This document shows, piece by piece, positions 54,509 to 64,000 of a stretch of 64,000 bases of DNA. A model generated the notes under the pieces. That model was given only the letters and a program-made list of their open reading frames with translations. It searched no databases and was not told the DNA's origin. Position 1 is the first letter of the stretch. Each line of letters opens with the position of its first letter. The stretch spans positions 2,880,001 to 2,944,000 of the forward strand of contig OY760183.1 of NCBI GenBank assembly GCA_963663275.1, read 5' to 3'. The DNA is from Chloroflexota bacterium (lineage in GTDB: Bacteria > Chloroflexota > UBA11872 > VXOZ01). Made by a program: the position numbers and the translations under genes.

Positions 54509-56989
54509 TCACTCTTTGACCGGGTCGCCAAACTCCTCAAGGTGCTTCTCTAGCTTAGCTGCAAGCTTTGCATCGCCGTCCTTCTTGGCTAGATTCAAGG
54601 CATGTGTGATGTCCTGAATCGCTTCTTCCTTTCTATTCAAATCAGCTTTAGCCGAGCCTCGATTGGCGTACGTAGCAGCAATACCAGGCTGTAAACGGAT
54701 TGACTGATCATAGTCAGCGATTGCACTCTCGTGCTGGCCTAGAGCCGCCCTAGCATTCCCCCGATTAATGTAAGCTAACGCATAGGTTGGATCGATGTGA
54801 ATCGCCTTGTCATAGTCTGAAACAGCGCACTTGTGTCTGCCAAGTCTCTGTTTTGAGTTGCCTCGATTGACGTAGGCTTTGACATAATCAGACTTGATTT
54901 CAATCGCACGGTCGTAGTCGTCGATAGCTTCAAGAGTTCTGCCCAGTCTTTGTTTTGACAGCCCTCTTTCATAATGGGCTTCTGCCGAATTCTGATCTTG
55001 CCGAATCGCCCGGTCATAATCCCGAATGGCTTCTTCACTTCTACCGAGGTCGCACTTCACATTGCCACGACCGATTAGGGCTTTGAGCGATTTTGGTCGA
55101 ATCTGAAGCGCTAAATCATAGTCTGCCAGTGCTTTCCCGTACTCTTGAAGCTGGTGGTATGAATCACCGCGAGCAGTATGTGCCTCAACAAACTTCGGTC
55201 TCACGCGAATTGCTTGGTCATAAGCGTCAACTGCCTTGAGAATCCAGGCTTTTCTATCTTGTTTCGTTCCTCTAGATTGAAAAAGAGTTCCAACTGAATA
55301 CCAAGCGAAACTGGCAAGTTCAGCATCAGAGCCTTCCGCCATTACTGCGACAGAGCGCCACTTTTCCATGGCGTCTTCGAGTTCACCTCGCTTCAGGAGT
55401 GAGAGTCCTTCAGCAAGGGCAAGAACCATTAGTAACTTGTCACTTTGTCCTGCTGACTTTGCACTGCCTTGCTCGACTCTCTCTTTTCGCTTTTCCAAAT
55501 GTGCGTACGCTAAAGACCAGTCTGATGAGAATTCAAATCCTGGTATATCTTCCTCCTTCATCTGTCTCTGCTGACAATCATTCTCCATGGCCCTTAACTC
55601 TCGAATCTTCCTCTCGATCGCAGGTTCGAGGCTATTACTTCCGGACTCCTCTAGTAAGTCTAGTGCAGTCTCAAAGTCCGAATGCGCCCCTTCGGTCCAG
55701 TTCAGTGCTGCCTTTGAAATACCACGATTATAGTAAGCAATAGCAAAATCGGGCCTTAGACGGATTGTCCGATCATAGTCAGCAATAGCCTCCTCATACA
55801 ATTCAAGATCCGCCTTCGCTACACCGCGATTCGCGAATGCAGCAACAAACTCAGGGCTCATCTCAATTGCACGGTCGTAGTCGGCAATTGCTTCCCTGGT
55901 TCGACCAAGACCAGTCTTTGTAACTCCCCGATTGATGTAGGCCTCAACGAAGCCCGGACGGAGACGAATCGCTTGATCATAGTCTTCGATGGCCTCCTCA
56001 TCCAGACCAATTCGGCGTTTTGCCAGCCCGCGACTGTAGAAAGCTTCAGCTAGATCAGGCCTAAGACCAATTGCCGTAGTATGGTCAGAGATAGCGTCCT
56101 GATATCGACCAAGTTCGCCCTTTGCATTGCCGCGTGAGAGGTATGCTTCTGCAAACTCTGGCATCAGACGAATTGCATGTCCATAGGCATCAAGCGCCTT
56201 TTGCAAACTCCTATGTCCAACCCCTCCTAAGTTTCCTTTGTGATGGAGATATCCATGTGAGAACCATGCACGAGCGGCAATGTCGTTATCACTACCTTCT
56301 GTGACTATTGCAATAGAGTGCCACTTCTCCGCAGCCGCATTGAGGTCTTTGCTCTTCTGGAGCAAGACTGCCTCAAATACGGCACGGTCTATTGGGGACA
56401 CCTCGCTTGCGGCGTCTGAATCTTCCATGTCTAATTTGGCTTCATCTAGGCTTCGCAGGAGTGTATCTATATCGGTAGGCTGACCACCTAGGAAATCCGT
56501 GACACTCGTTAGAGACTCGCTCTTCTCTCTTCGATTCTGCAAAGTCTTCCCAAGCTCGGCTTCAATGTCACCAACATCGAACAGAACTGAGAATATCCAC
56601 AACGCAGCTTTTCTTGCAGTATTGATTACACTCCATTCAGGAATTCCCTGGGTACCACTATGGTATTGATCATTCCGCTGATCATGCACCCAGAGTATAT
56701 GGGCATCAGGCACTTCCCAGTCGATGCCACGACTCTTGATCTCGGATTCGAGAAAGCAAAGCTTAGAGTGATAGTCTCTAAGCCAATTTCCAACACATTG
56801 CTTTGGATATGTACGTCCTCCACGATGAGGAGGCTTGAGGTTTAGATACGTTGCAATTGTGGCTTCAATCGCGTTGTCAAAACTGATGAGGGCCATACCC
56901 CTATCAGAATCCTCACCATCCCGAAAGTGACCTTCCGCATGAACTATCAACTCGAAAGGGCGTCTAGCCCAGGGTGGAACACTGTTCAT
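54509..56989 (-). CDS. TPR-repeat protein with putative N-terminal HEPN domain
   Basis: Many AY.NRG/A..DYD.AI TPR units; RNDQYH at aa 105-110; visibly lower GC. Confidence 0.85.
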   Translation of the reverse strand: MNSVPPWARRPFELIVHAEGHFRDGEDSDRGMALISFDNAIEATIATYLNLKPPHRGGRTYPKQCVGNWLRDYHSKLCFLESEIKSRGIDWEVPDAHILWVHDQRNDQYHSGTQGIPEWSVINTARKAALWIFSVLFDVGDIEAELGKTLQNRREKSESLTSVTDFLGGQPTDIDTLLRSLDEAKLDMEDSDAASEVSPIDRAVFEAVLLQKSKDLNAAAEKWHSIAIVTEGSDNDIAARAWFSHGYLHHKGNLGGVGHRSLQKALDAYGHAIRLMPEFAEAYLSRGNAKGELGRYQDAISDHTTAIGLRPDLAEAFYSRGLAKRRIGLDEEAIEDYDQAIRLRPGFVEAYINRGVTKTGLGRTREAIADYDRAIEMSPEFVAAFANRGVAKADLELYEEAIADYDRTIRLRPDFAIAYYNRGISKAALNWTEGAHSDFETALDLLEESGSNSLEPAIERKIRELRAMENDCQQRQMKEEDIPGFEFSSDWSLAYAHLEKRKERVEQGSAKSAGQSDKLLMVLALAEGLSLLKRGELEDAMEKWRSVAVMAEGSDAELASFAWYSVGTLFQSRGTKQDRKAWILKAVDAYDQAIRVRPKFVEAHTARGDSYHQLQEYGKALADYDLALQIRPKSLKALIGRGNVKCDLGRSEEAIRDYDRAIRQDQNSAEAHYERGLSKQRLGRTLEAIDDYDRAIEIKSDYVKAYVNRGNSKQRLGRHKCAVSDYDKAIHIDPTYALAYINRGNARAALGQHESAIADYDQSIRLQPGIAATYANRGSAKADLNRKEEAIQDITHALNLAKKDGDAKLAAKLEKHLEEFGDPVKE

Positions 56990-57126
56990 TTGCCTACCTT
57001 ACTTAGCTCAATCAACGCTCTATAGCTGCAAGACCCAACTTGGAGATTAAGTTTACAGTATATCACTCCTAATGGATTACAAAATCCGCCCACTCTCATG
57101 CGAGGGGCATCCAACCCCAAGAGTAG

Positions 57127-57171
57127 CCACGGAGCGATGCTGAAAGAGAGACCATCAGCATCGCTCCGTGG
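57127..57171. terminator. 17-bp perfect-stem hairpin
   Basis: CCACGGAGCGATGCTGA-N11-TCAGCATCGCTCCGTGG. Confidence 0.55.
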
Positions 57172-57192
57172 TATGACGAATGACACTGCGCC

Positions 57193-57390
57193 TTACTGAT
57201 CCGTCCGATACACATACCGCACGTCCCACAGGCCGTAGAGGGTCGGCGTGGTGTTGCCGAAGACGTTGCGGGTGGCGGTGAGGCGTTCGGATTGGGTGGT
57301 GTAGATGACGGGGACATAGTCGGCGGCGATGGCTTGGGCTTGGTGGTAGAGGGCGACGCGGGTGGCGTGGTCGAGTTCCTGGCGCGGGAC
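57193..57390 (-). pseudogene. C-terminal remnant of an ABC (family 5) substrate-binding protein
   Basis: RQELDHATRVALYHQAQAIAADYVPVIY; no N-terminus; abuts the permease stop codon. Confidence 0.6.
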
Positions 57391-57392
57391 GT

Positions 57393-58183
57393 TCACTTGA
57401 CCAGGCGGCGGTGCATGAGGGCGGTGGCGATGGGCAGCAGCACGGCGCTCAGGGCCAAGACGTAGAGCACGGAAAACAGGTGCGTGACGTCCAGTTCTCC
57501 GGTCACGAAGCCCCGCGCCAGGTGCACGGAAGGCGTGAGCGGCGCGGCCCAGGCCAGCGGCTCCACCCAATCGGGCATGGCGGAGATCGGGAAGAACGCG
57601 CCGCTGAAGAAGTACATCGGGCTTGCCACCACGGTGAAGGTGAGCGAGAGGATGTGCACGTTCGGCGAAAGCGCGGCAAAGATGAGGCCCAACGCCCCAA
57701 ACTGCATGCCAACCAGCGCCGCCGCCAGCAGGACTCCCACGCCGGAGATGGAGTCAATCCAGCCAAACGCCGCCGCCACCGTCCCGATGCACGCCGCCGT
57801 GAGCGCCGTCCGGGTCATGGACCAGGATATGTCGCCCATAGCCAGTTCGCGGGTGCTCACCGGCGCGGTCAGCGTGGTCTCGTAGACGCCCTTCTGAATG
57901 CGCATGAACCCGCCCCACGCGCACTCGAAGACGGCATGGAACATTGCCGAGCCGATGATGACGCCGGGGGTGATGAACCGCGCATAGGGCACACCATTGA
58001 CGTCATTCACCAGCGTGCCGACACCGATGCCGATGGCGATGAGAATGACGAACGGCTCCACGAAATACCAGGATAGGGACGTAAGCAAGTTGCGCCGCAG
58101 CACCAGGGCGTGCCGGAGCCAGATGCCGGTGATGCTGCGCAGCCTGACGCCGCCCAGGTATGTGCTTCTTGCCGCGGCTGCCA

Positions 58184-58184
<1 letters not shown>
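57393..58184 (-). CDS. ABC-2 type permease (NodJ-like)
   Basis: EPF; FITPG; FFSGAFFPI; PLTPSV. Confidence 0.88.
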
Positions 58185-59119
<935 letters not shown>

Positions 59120-59225
59120 TCCTCAGCACCGGTCGTGCCAGCGTCAGCCATCCCCAGCCGCCTGCGCCTGCCAAACCAAAACCGAATAGCGGAAGATGCC
59201 GCACTGACACCGCTCGCAAAGGCTC

Positions 59226-59301
59226 TGGCACGCCTGGAGGGATTCGAACCCCCGACCCTCGGTTCCGAAGACCGATGCTCTGTCCACTGAGCTACAGGCG
59301 C
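59226..59301 (-). tRNA. tRNA-Arg(UCG)
   Basis: Reverse complement folds as a 76-nt cloverleaf: anticodon arm TCGGT-CT-TCG-GA-ACCGA, GTTCGAATC T-loop, encoded CCA. Confidence 0.93.
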
Positions 59302-59482
59302 AAGCGCGTACTTCGCTTCAGGAGCAAAAGAACTGCCTGCTTAATTATAGCAGGCGAGCGCGCGCGTTCCGTCACAAAAGGCTGGGCGTAAGACGAAGAC
59401 TGCGGGAGTAATTCCAATACGCCCCGGTGCGCCGCGGTTTGCGGAAGAATCTCCGTGCCGGTTCAGGATGGCGCGCCCTAAG

Positions 59483-59793
59483 GAGACCTTTGCGTGACCC
59501 CTTCCCCATCGAGGGCTGACAGGGGTAGGCACGTGTCATTCCGAGCGGAGCGTCGAACAGGGTTCGCGGAATCTAGAACCGACGTTCTTGCAGGGAAAGC
59601 CTTAGATTCCTCTCTCCGCTGCGCTCCGCTCGGAATGACACGTGAAGTCGGATGTAGAATGCCTACCCCTGTCAGCCCATCAAGGGGAAAGGTTGGGATG
59701 GGGTTGAAGAGGCTTGAAACTTCAATGGTTCTAATTGTAAGTGCGCTCTGGATTCCGGTTTTCACCGGAATGACGGAGTTATGCAAAGGGCTC
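59483..59793. mobile_element. Composite MITE (second full copy)
   Basis: Collinear with 16153-16456. Confidence 0.82.
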
Positions 59794-61080
59794 CTACGGT
59801 CGGTTAACGGTGCCGTCGGCCCGGCGCAGCGGGGCCCAGCCGCCGCCATACGGCATTTCCGGCAAGGGGAAACGCGCCGCCAGTTCTTCATCGAGCTCCA
59901 CGCCGAGGCCGGGGCGCTCGTTCGACCACATCGCGCCGTCGCGAATCTCAGGCGTGCCGGGAAAAACATCCTGCGCGGCCTGGTTGAACACGTGCTGTTC
60001 CTGAATGCCAAAGTTGTGGCAGGCAAAATCCAGATGCATGTTGGCCGCGTGCCCCACCGGCGAAACGTCGGCCGGGCCGTGCCATGCCGTGCGCACGCCG
60101 TAGAATTCGCAGAACGCGGCCAGCTTGCGGGCTACCGATATGCCGCCAATATCGGAGATATGGACGCGGATGAAGTCGATCAGCCGTTCCTGAATCAGCG
60201 GCACGTACTCGGCCTGGTTGACGAAGAGTTCGCCCATGGCGATTGGGGTAGTGGTCTGCTGGCGCATGATGCGAAAGTAGCCGTTATCCTCCGGCGCGAG
60301 CGGATCTTCCAGGAAGAAGAGATGGTACGGCTCAAGCGCTTTCGCCAGGCCAAGCGCCTGCACGGGCGGTATGCGCTCGTGCACGTCGTGGAGCAGTTCC
60401 ACGCTATCGCCCAATTGGTTGCGCAGGTGCTCGAAGAGCCTCGGCACCTGCCGGACGTACGGCGTTGGTTCCCACGCGCCCTCTAAAGCGCCGTGATCCA
60501 CTCCGAGCGCTTCGTCATCCGGGTTGCCGGCATGACCGCCTTGGCCGCCCGGGTCGCCTTGGGTCGAGCGCCGCCAACCGGTGGCGTTGCTGCCGGCGCT
60601 GTAGTTCGCCAGTCCCGGCTCCGAAATCGAACACTTCACGTAGCGATATCCCTGTTCCATCAATCCGCGCACGGACTCTTCTGCCGCGTGCACGTCTTTG
60701 CCGCCGCCGGCGGCATAGAGCGGGATATACTCCCGGCACTTGCCGCCAAAGAGTTGGTGCAGGGGCAGGTTGGCGCACTTGCCTTTTATGTCCCACAGCG
60801 CCGCATCCACACCCGCCAAGGCGTTATTCAGCACCGGGCCGCTGCGCCAGTAGGAACTCACGTAGGCCGATTGCCAGATGTCCTCGATGGCGGCCGGGTC
60901 TTTGCCGACGAGGAAAGGGCGCAAGTATTCGTTTACGGCAGTGACAACGGTCAGTGGGCGCTGCCTGAACGTGGCACAGCCCAAGCCGTGGAGGCCGGGC
61001 GTGCTCGTCTCGATTTTGACGACGACGAGGGCAAGGCCCGCCGGCGCGGTGCAAATGGCGCGTACGTCGGTAATGCGCAT
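59794..61080 (-). CDS. Enolase-superfamily sugar-acid dehydratase (ManD/RspA-like)
   Basis: SSYWRSGPV; ALWDIKGK; HDVHER; FLEDP; MGELF; HGPAD. Confidence 0.88.
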   Translation of the reverse strand: MRITDVRAICTAPAGLALVVVKIETSTPGLHGLGCATFRQRPLTVVTAVNEYLRPFLVGKDPAAIEDIWQSAYVSSYWRSGPVLNNALAGVDAALWDIKGKCANLPLHQLFGGKCREYIPLYAAGGGKDVHAAEESVRGLMEQGYRYVKCSISEPGLANYSAGSNATGWRRSTQGDPGGQGGHAGNPDDEALGVDHGALEGAWEPTPYVRQVPRLFEHLRNQLGDSVELLHDVHERIPPVQALGLAKALEPYHLFFLEDPLAPEDNGYFRIMRQQTTTPIAMGELFVNQAEYVPLIQERLIDFIRVHISDIGGISVARKLAAFCEFYGVRTAWHGPADVSPVGHAANMHLDFACHNFGIQEQHVFNQAAQDVFPGTPEIRDGAMWSNERPGLGVELDEELAARFPLPEMPYGGGWAPLRRADGTVNRP

Positions 61081-61184
61081 AGAATTCGTCTCCTCGGTGG
61101 GTTATTCACGATTTTCGCGGTAGAACGCGGACCGGTTTCCTCCACTCAGAACCTGTTTATGATCGTCTTGTCTGCATTGAGGAA

Positions 61185-61273
61185 CGTTCGCCCTGAGCTT
61201 GTCGAAGGGTGAATGGAACCGTCGCACGTTGGCAAGCCACCGTTCATGCTTCGACAGGCTCAGCACGAACGGT
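61185..61273. repeat. Palindromic repeat family F (CGTTCGCCCTGAGCTTGTCGAAG...CTTCGACAGGCTCAGCACGAACG)
   Basis: Inverted arms; parent of the 47-bp array after dnaA. Confidence 0.8.
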
Positions 61274-61320
61274 TTACATCGGCTTTGCAAACTCCCTCTA
61301 AGCAGATAGTAAACAGGTTC

Positions 61321-62394
61321 TTAGGCCGGCGGCGCATTTCGGGAGATGCGCATAACGCGATCGAACCCGGCCAGGTCGTGAAAAACCTCTACGCGCGCGC
61401 CCGGCAGGCGGCGCACGGCCAAGTCCGCCAAGGGCGCGGCCTGGTTGAATCCGATCTCGAAGAGCGCGGCGCCGCCGGGAAGGAGGCGCTTTGGCAGTTC
61501 GGCAAAGAGCGTCCGATACGCCGCCAAGCCGTCTTTGCCGCCGGCCAGCGCGAGGCGCGGCTCGAAGTCCCGCACGTCGCAATCCAGGCCCGCGATCGCG
61601 TCGTCAGGGATGTACGGCGGGTTGCAGACGATGACGTGCACCGGCTCCGGCAACGCCTGGAGATAGTCTCCCTGCACAAATGTGAGCCGCTCCGCGACGC
61701 CGTGTGTGACGCCGTTGCGGCGGGCAACCGCCAACGCATCCGCGGAAACGTCGGTGGCGTAGACCCGGGACTGGGGCAGATGCCGCGCGATGCTCACGGC
61801 AATGGCCCCGCTGCCCGTGCCCACGTCGGCGATGAGCGGGACTTCCACGTCCGCGAATGCGAGCTCCCGGAAGTTTGCACGCTCAGACTCTCCGGACTCC
61901 GGCTCTTGCCGGAGTGACGGACGGGACGGGGCAAACGAGCGTTTGCGCTCAAAGAGCGCGAGCGCCTGCTCAACCAGCAGTTCCGTCTCCGGACGGGGGA
62001 TGAGCACGCGCCGGTCTACGGCAAATTCCAGTCCCATGAACTCCTTCTTGCCGACGATGTAAGCGACCGGTTCGCCTCGCTCGCGGCGCGCTACGAGACC
62101 CTGGAACGCGGCAACCTGCTCAGGCGAGAGCGCCGCAACTCTCCCCCCGGCCAGCGCCTCTTCCGTACACCCCAGCGCGTGGCGCAAGAGAATGCGGGAG
62201 TCACGGGCAGAGGATTCGATGCCGCGCTGCTCCAGCCGGCGGGAAGCCCAATGCAGCGCGCCGCGCGGGACATGCAATTCCAATTGAGTGGCGGCAGGCG
62301 CGGCCGCCGTCCCGCAAGCGGAACGCGGGGGCGAGGGTTCAGCGGCGCGGCGATCGGCGGCTGCGGGCGCGTGCGTGGCGGGCGGAGTGGACAC
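61321..62394 (-). CDS. prmC: Release factor glutamine methyltransferase PrmC/HemK
   Basis: GEPVAYI; LIPRPETE; DVGTGSG; NPPY; start uncertain. Confidence 0.94.
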   Translation of the reverse strand: MSTPPATHAPAAADRRAAEPSPPRSACGTAAAPAATQLELHVPRGALHWASRRLEQRGIESSARDSRILLRHALGCTEEALAGGRVAALSPEQVAAFQGLVARRERGEPVAYIVGKKEFMGLEFAVDRRVLIPRPETELLVEQALALFERKRSFAPSRPSLRQEPESGESERANFRELAFADVEVPLIADVGTGSGAIAVSIARHLPQSRVYATDVSADALAVARRNGVTHGVAERLTFVQGDYLQALPEPVHVIVCNPPYIPDDAIAGLDCDVRDFEPRLALAGGKDGLAAYRTLFAELPKRLLPGGAALFEIGFNQAAPLADLAVRRLPGARVEVFHDLAGFDRVMRISRNAPPA

Positions 62395-62411
62395 GGCGGC
62401 GGTCCGATGCT

Positions 62412-63482
62412 TTAGCTGCCCGTACCGGCGGCAGCCAGGCGCTCCGATTCATACGTGGTAGTGAGGGCGTCCACCACCCCCTCCAGGTTGCCGTCAACCA
62501 ATTGGTCCAGCGAGTAGACGGTCAGGTTGATGCGGTGGTCGGTCAAGCGGTTTTGCGGGAAGTTGTACGTGCGAATCTTCTCGCTGCGTTCGCCGGTGCC
62601 CACCAGGCTGCGGCGCATGGCGGTCTCTTCCTCGCGCTGCTTGCGCTGCTCCATCTCCAGCAGGCGCGCGCGCAGCACCGCCAGCGCCCGCATCCGGTTC
62701 TGCTGCTGGGAGCGTTCATCCTGGCAGGTGACCACCAGGCCGGACGGAATGTGCGTGATACGGACGGCGGAGTCGGTCGTGTTCACGCTCTGGCCGCCGT
62801 GGCCGCTCGCCCTGTAGACGTCGATCTCCAACTCGTCGGGCTTGATGGTCACGTCCACCTCCTGCGCTTCCGGCAAGACCGCAACCGTGGCCGTAGAGGT
62901 GTGGATGCGCCCGCTGGCCTCGGTCGCGGGCACGCGCTGCACGCGGTGCACGCCGCCCTCGAACTTCAGCCGGCTGTACGCGCCCTGCCCCTTGACGAGG
63001 AAGACGATCTCCTTGAGGCCGCCAATGCCGGTGGGATTCGACGACAGCACCTCCATCTTCCAGCCCTGCTTTTCCGCGTAGAGGCTGTACATGCGGTAGA
63101 GGTCCGCGGCGAAGAGACCGGCTTCGTCGCCGCCGGTCCCGGCGCGGATTTCCATGATCACGTTGCGGTCGTCGTTAGGATCCTTGGGCGCCAGCGCGGC
63201 CCGCAGGCGTTCCAGCAGCGTCTCCTTCTCGCTGGCAAGTTGCTGGATTTCCAGGCGCGCCATCTCCAGGAGTTCGTCGTCGTCTTCTTCCGCCAGCAAC
63301 TCTTCGGCCCCGCCGGTCTCCCGCTCCACGCGCTGCAGATCACCGTAGAGTACGACCACTTCCTCCAGCGAAGCCTGTTCTTTGGCGAGCGCGGCCAGTT
63401 GGGGAATATTGTTGCTGTGCTCGACCATGAGCAGATTAAGCTCGTGGTACCGCGCTTCGATTTCGGCCAGTTTCTCAAGCAT
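62412..63482 (-). CDS. prfA: Peptide chain release factor 1
   Basis: PAT recognition loop; GGQ; RTYNFPQ. Confidence 0.97.
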   Translation of the reverse strand: MLEKLAEIEARYHELNLLMVEHSNNIPQLAALAKEQASLEEVVVLYGDLQRVERETGGAEELLAEEDDDELLEMARLEIQQLASEKETLLERLRAALAPKDPNDDRNVIMEIRAGTGGDEAGLFAADLYRMYSLYAEKQGWKMEVLSSNPTGIGGLKEIVFLVKGQGAYSRLKFEGGVHRVQRVPATEASGRIHTSTATVAVLPEAQEVDVTIKPDELEIDVYRASGHGGQSVNTTDSAVRITHIPSGLVVTCQDERSQQQNRMRALAVLRARLLEMEQRKQREEETAMRRSLVGTGERSEKIRTYNFPQNRLTDHRINLTVYSLDQLVDGNLEGVVDALTTTYESERLAAAGTGS

Positions 63483-63498
63483 CGTCGTTTCTCAATCT

Positions 63499-64000
63499 TC
63501 AAGCGGATTCTACCGCCGCGGCGGGTGTTGCCTGCCGCGTCTCCGACGGACTCTGCGCCCGTTCATCCGCCGCCATCACGGCCTGCAACGCGGCAATGGC
63601 AACGGCGGCCTGGTCGTCGTCCGGCTCTCGCGTTGTCAACGACTGCAACCACAGGCCCGGCCACACCAGCGCGCGCACGAGCCACTGCCGGTAGTGCCGC
63701 GCCGAAAACCGCAGCCACTCGTATGAGAGACCGACGATCACCGGGATCAACAGCACCCGCGAAACTACCCGCGCCCACAGCGGCGGATGGCCCAGAAGCC
63801 CGAATACGATGACGCTGACGACAACCACGACCAGCAGCAGCGCGGTGCCGCAGCGCGGGTGCGCCGTGGAGCACGCGCGCAACGATGCGGGCGCCAGGGC
63901 AATGCCCTGTTCCTGCGCGTGCACGGCTTTGTGCTCAGCGCCGTGATAGGCGAAGATCCGCCCGACCCGCGGCGTGATGCCAATCAGCAGCAAGTAGCCG
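63499..64000 (-). CDS. DUF1385-like membrane protein (5' end outside the window)
   Basis: YHGAEHK; HPRCGT; LQSLTTREP; usual neighbour of prmC/prfA. Confidence 0.85.
   Translation of the reverse strand, partial: GYLLLIGITPRVGRIFAYHGAEHKAVHAQEQGIALAPASLRACSTAHPRCGTALLLVVVVVSVIVFGLLGHPPLWARVVSRVLLIPVIVGLSYEWLRFSARHYRQWLVRALVWPGLWLQSLTTREPDDDQAAVAIAALQAVMAADERAQSPSETRQATPAAAVESA

Noticed and set aside
59478-60026. Recurrent peptide HNSVIPVKTGIQ in several small ORFs
   Set aside because: Translation of the repeated MITE, not a gene family.

Overview
High-GC bacterial chromosome segment, most likely Chloroflexota judging from 16S signatures and gene order (inference). It contains: the distal spc/alpha ribosomal operon (rplE to rpsI), scpAB, the rpsP-khpA-rimM-trmD-rplS-rnhB cluster, a solitary and unusually divergent 16S rRNA gene with no 23S behind it, dnaA without dnaN, tRNA-Arg(UCG), prmC/prfA, an IS30 element, and assorted metabolic and transport genes. 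The intergenic DNA is packed with several palindromic repeat families and MITE-like elements nested inside each other; one repeat is translated inside MoeA. Best candidates for undescribed biology: (1) an ABC-type ATPase + PIN nuclease pair (46066-47862); (2) a lower-GC HEPN(RxxxxH)-TPR protein facing a methyltransferase-HNH fusion (53094-56989); (3) two adjacent apparently catalytically dead enzymes, archaemetzincin-like and ADP-ribosylglycohydrolase-like, upstream of sfsA (20510-22929); (4) a nested REP/MITE/IS30 system in which the transposase stop codon comes from its target repeat. All product calls come from motifs recognised by eye; no database searches were run.
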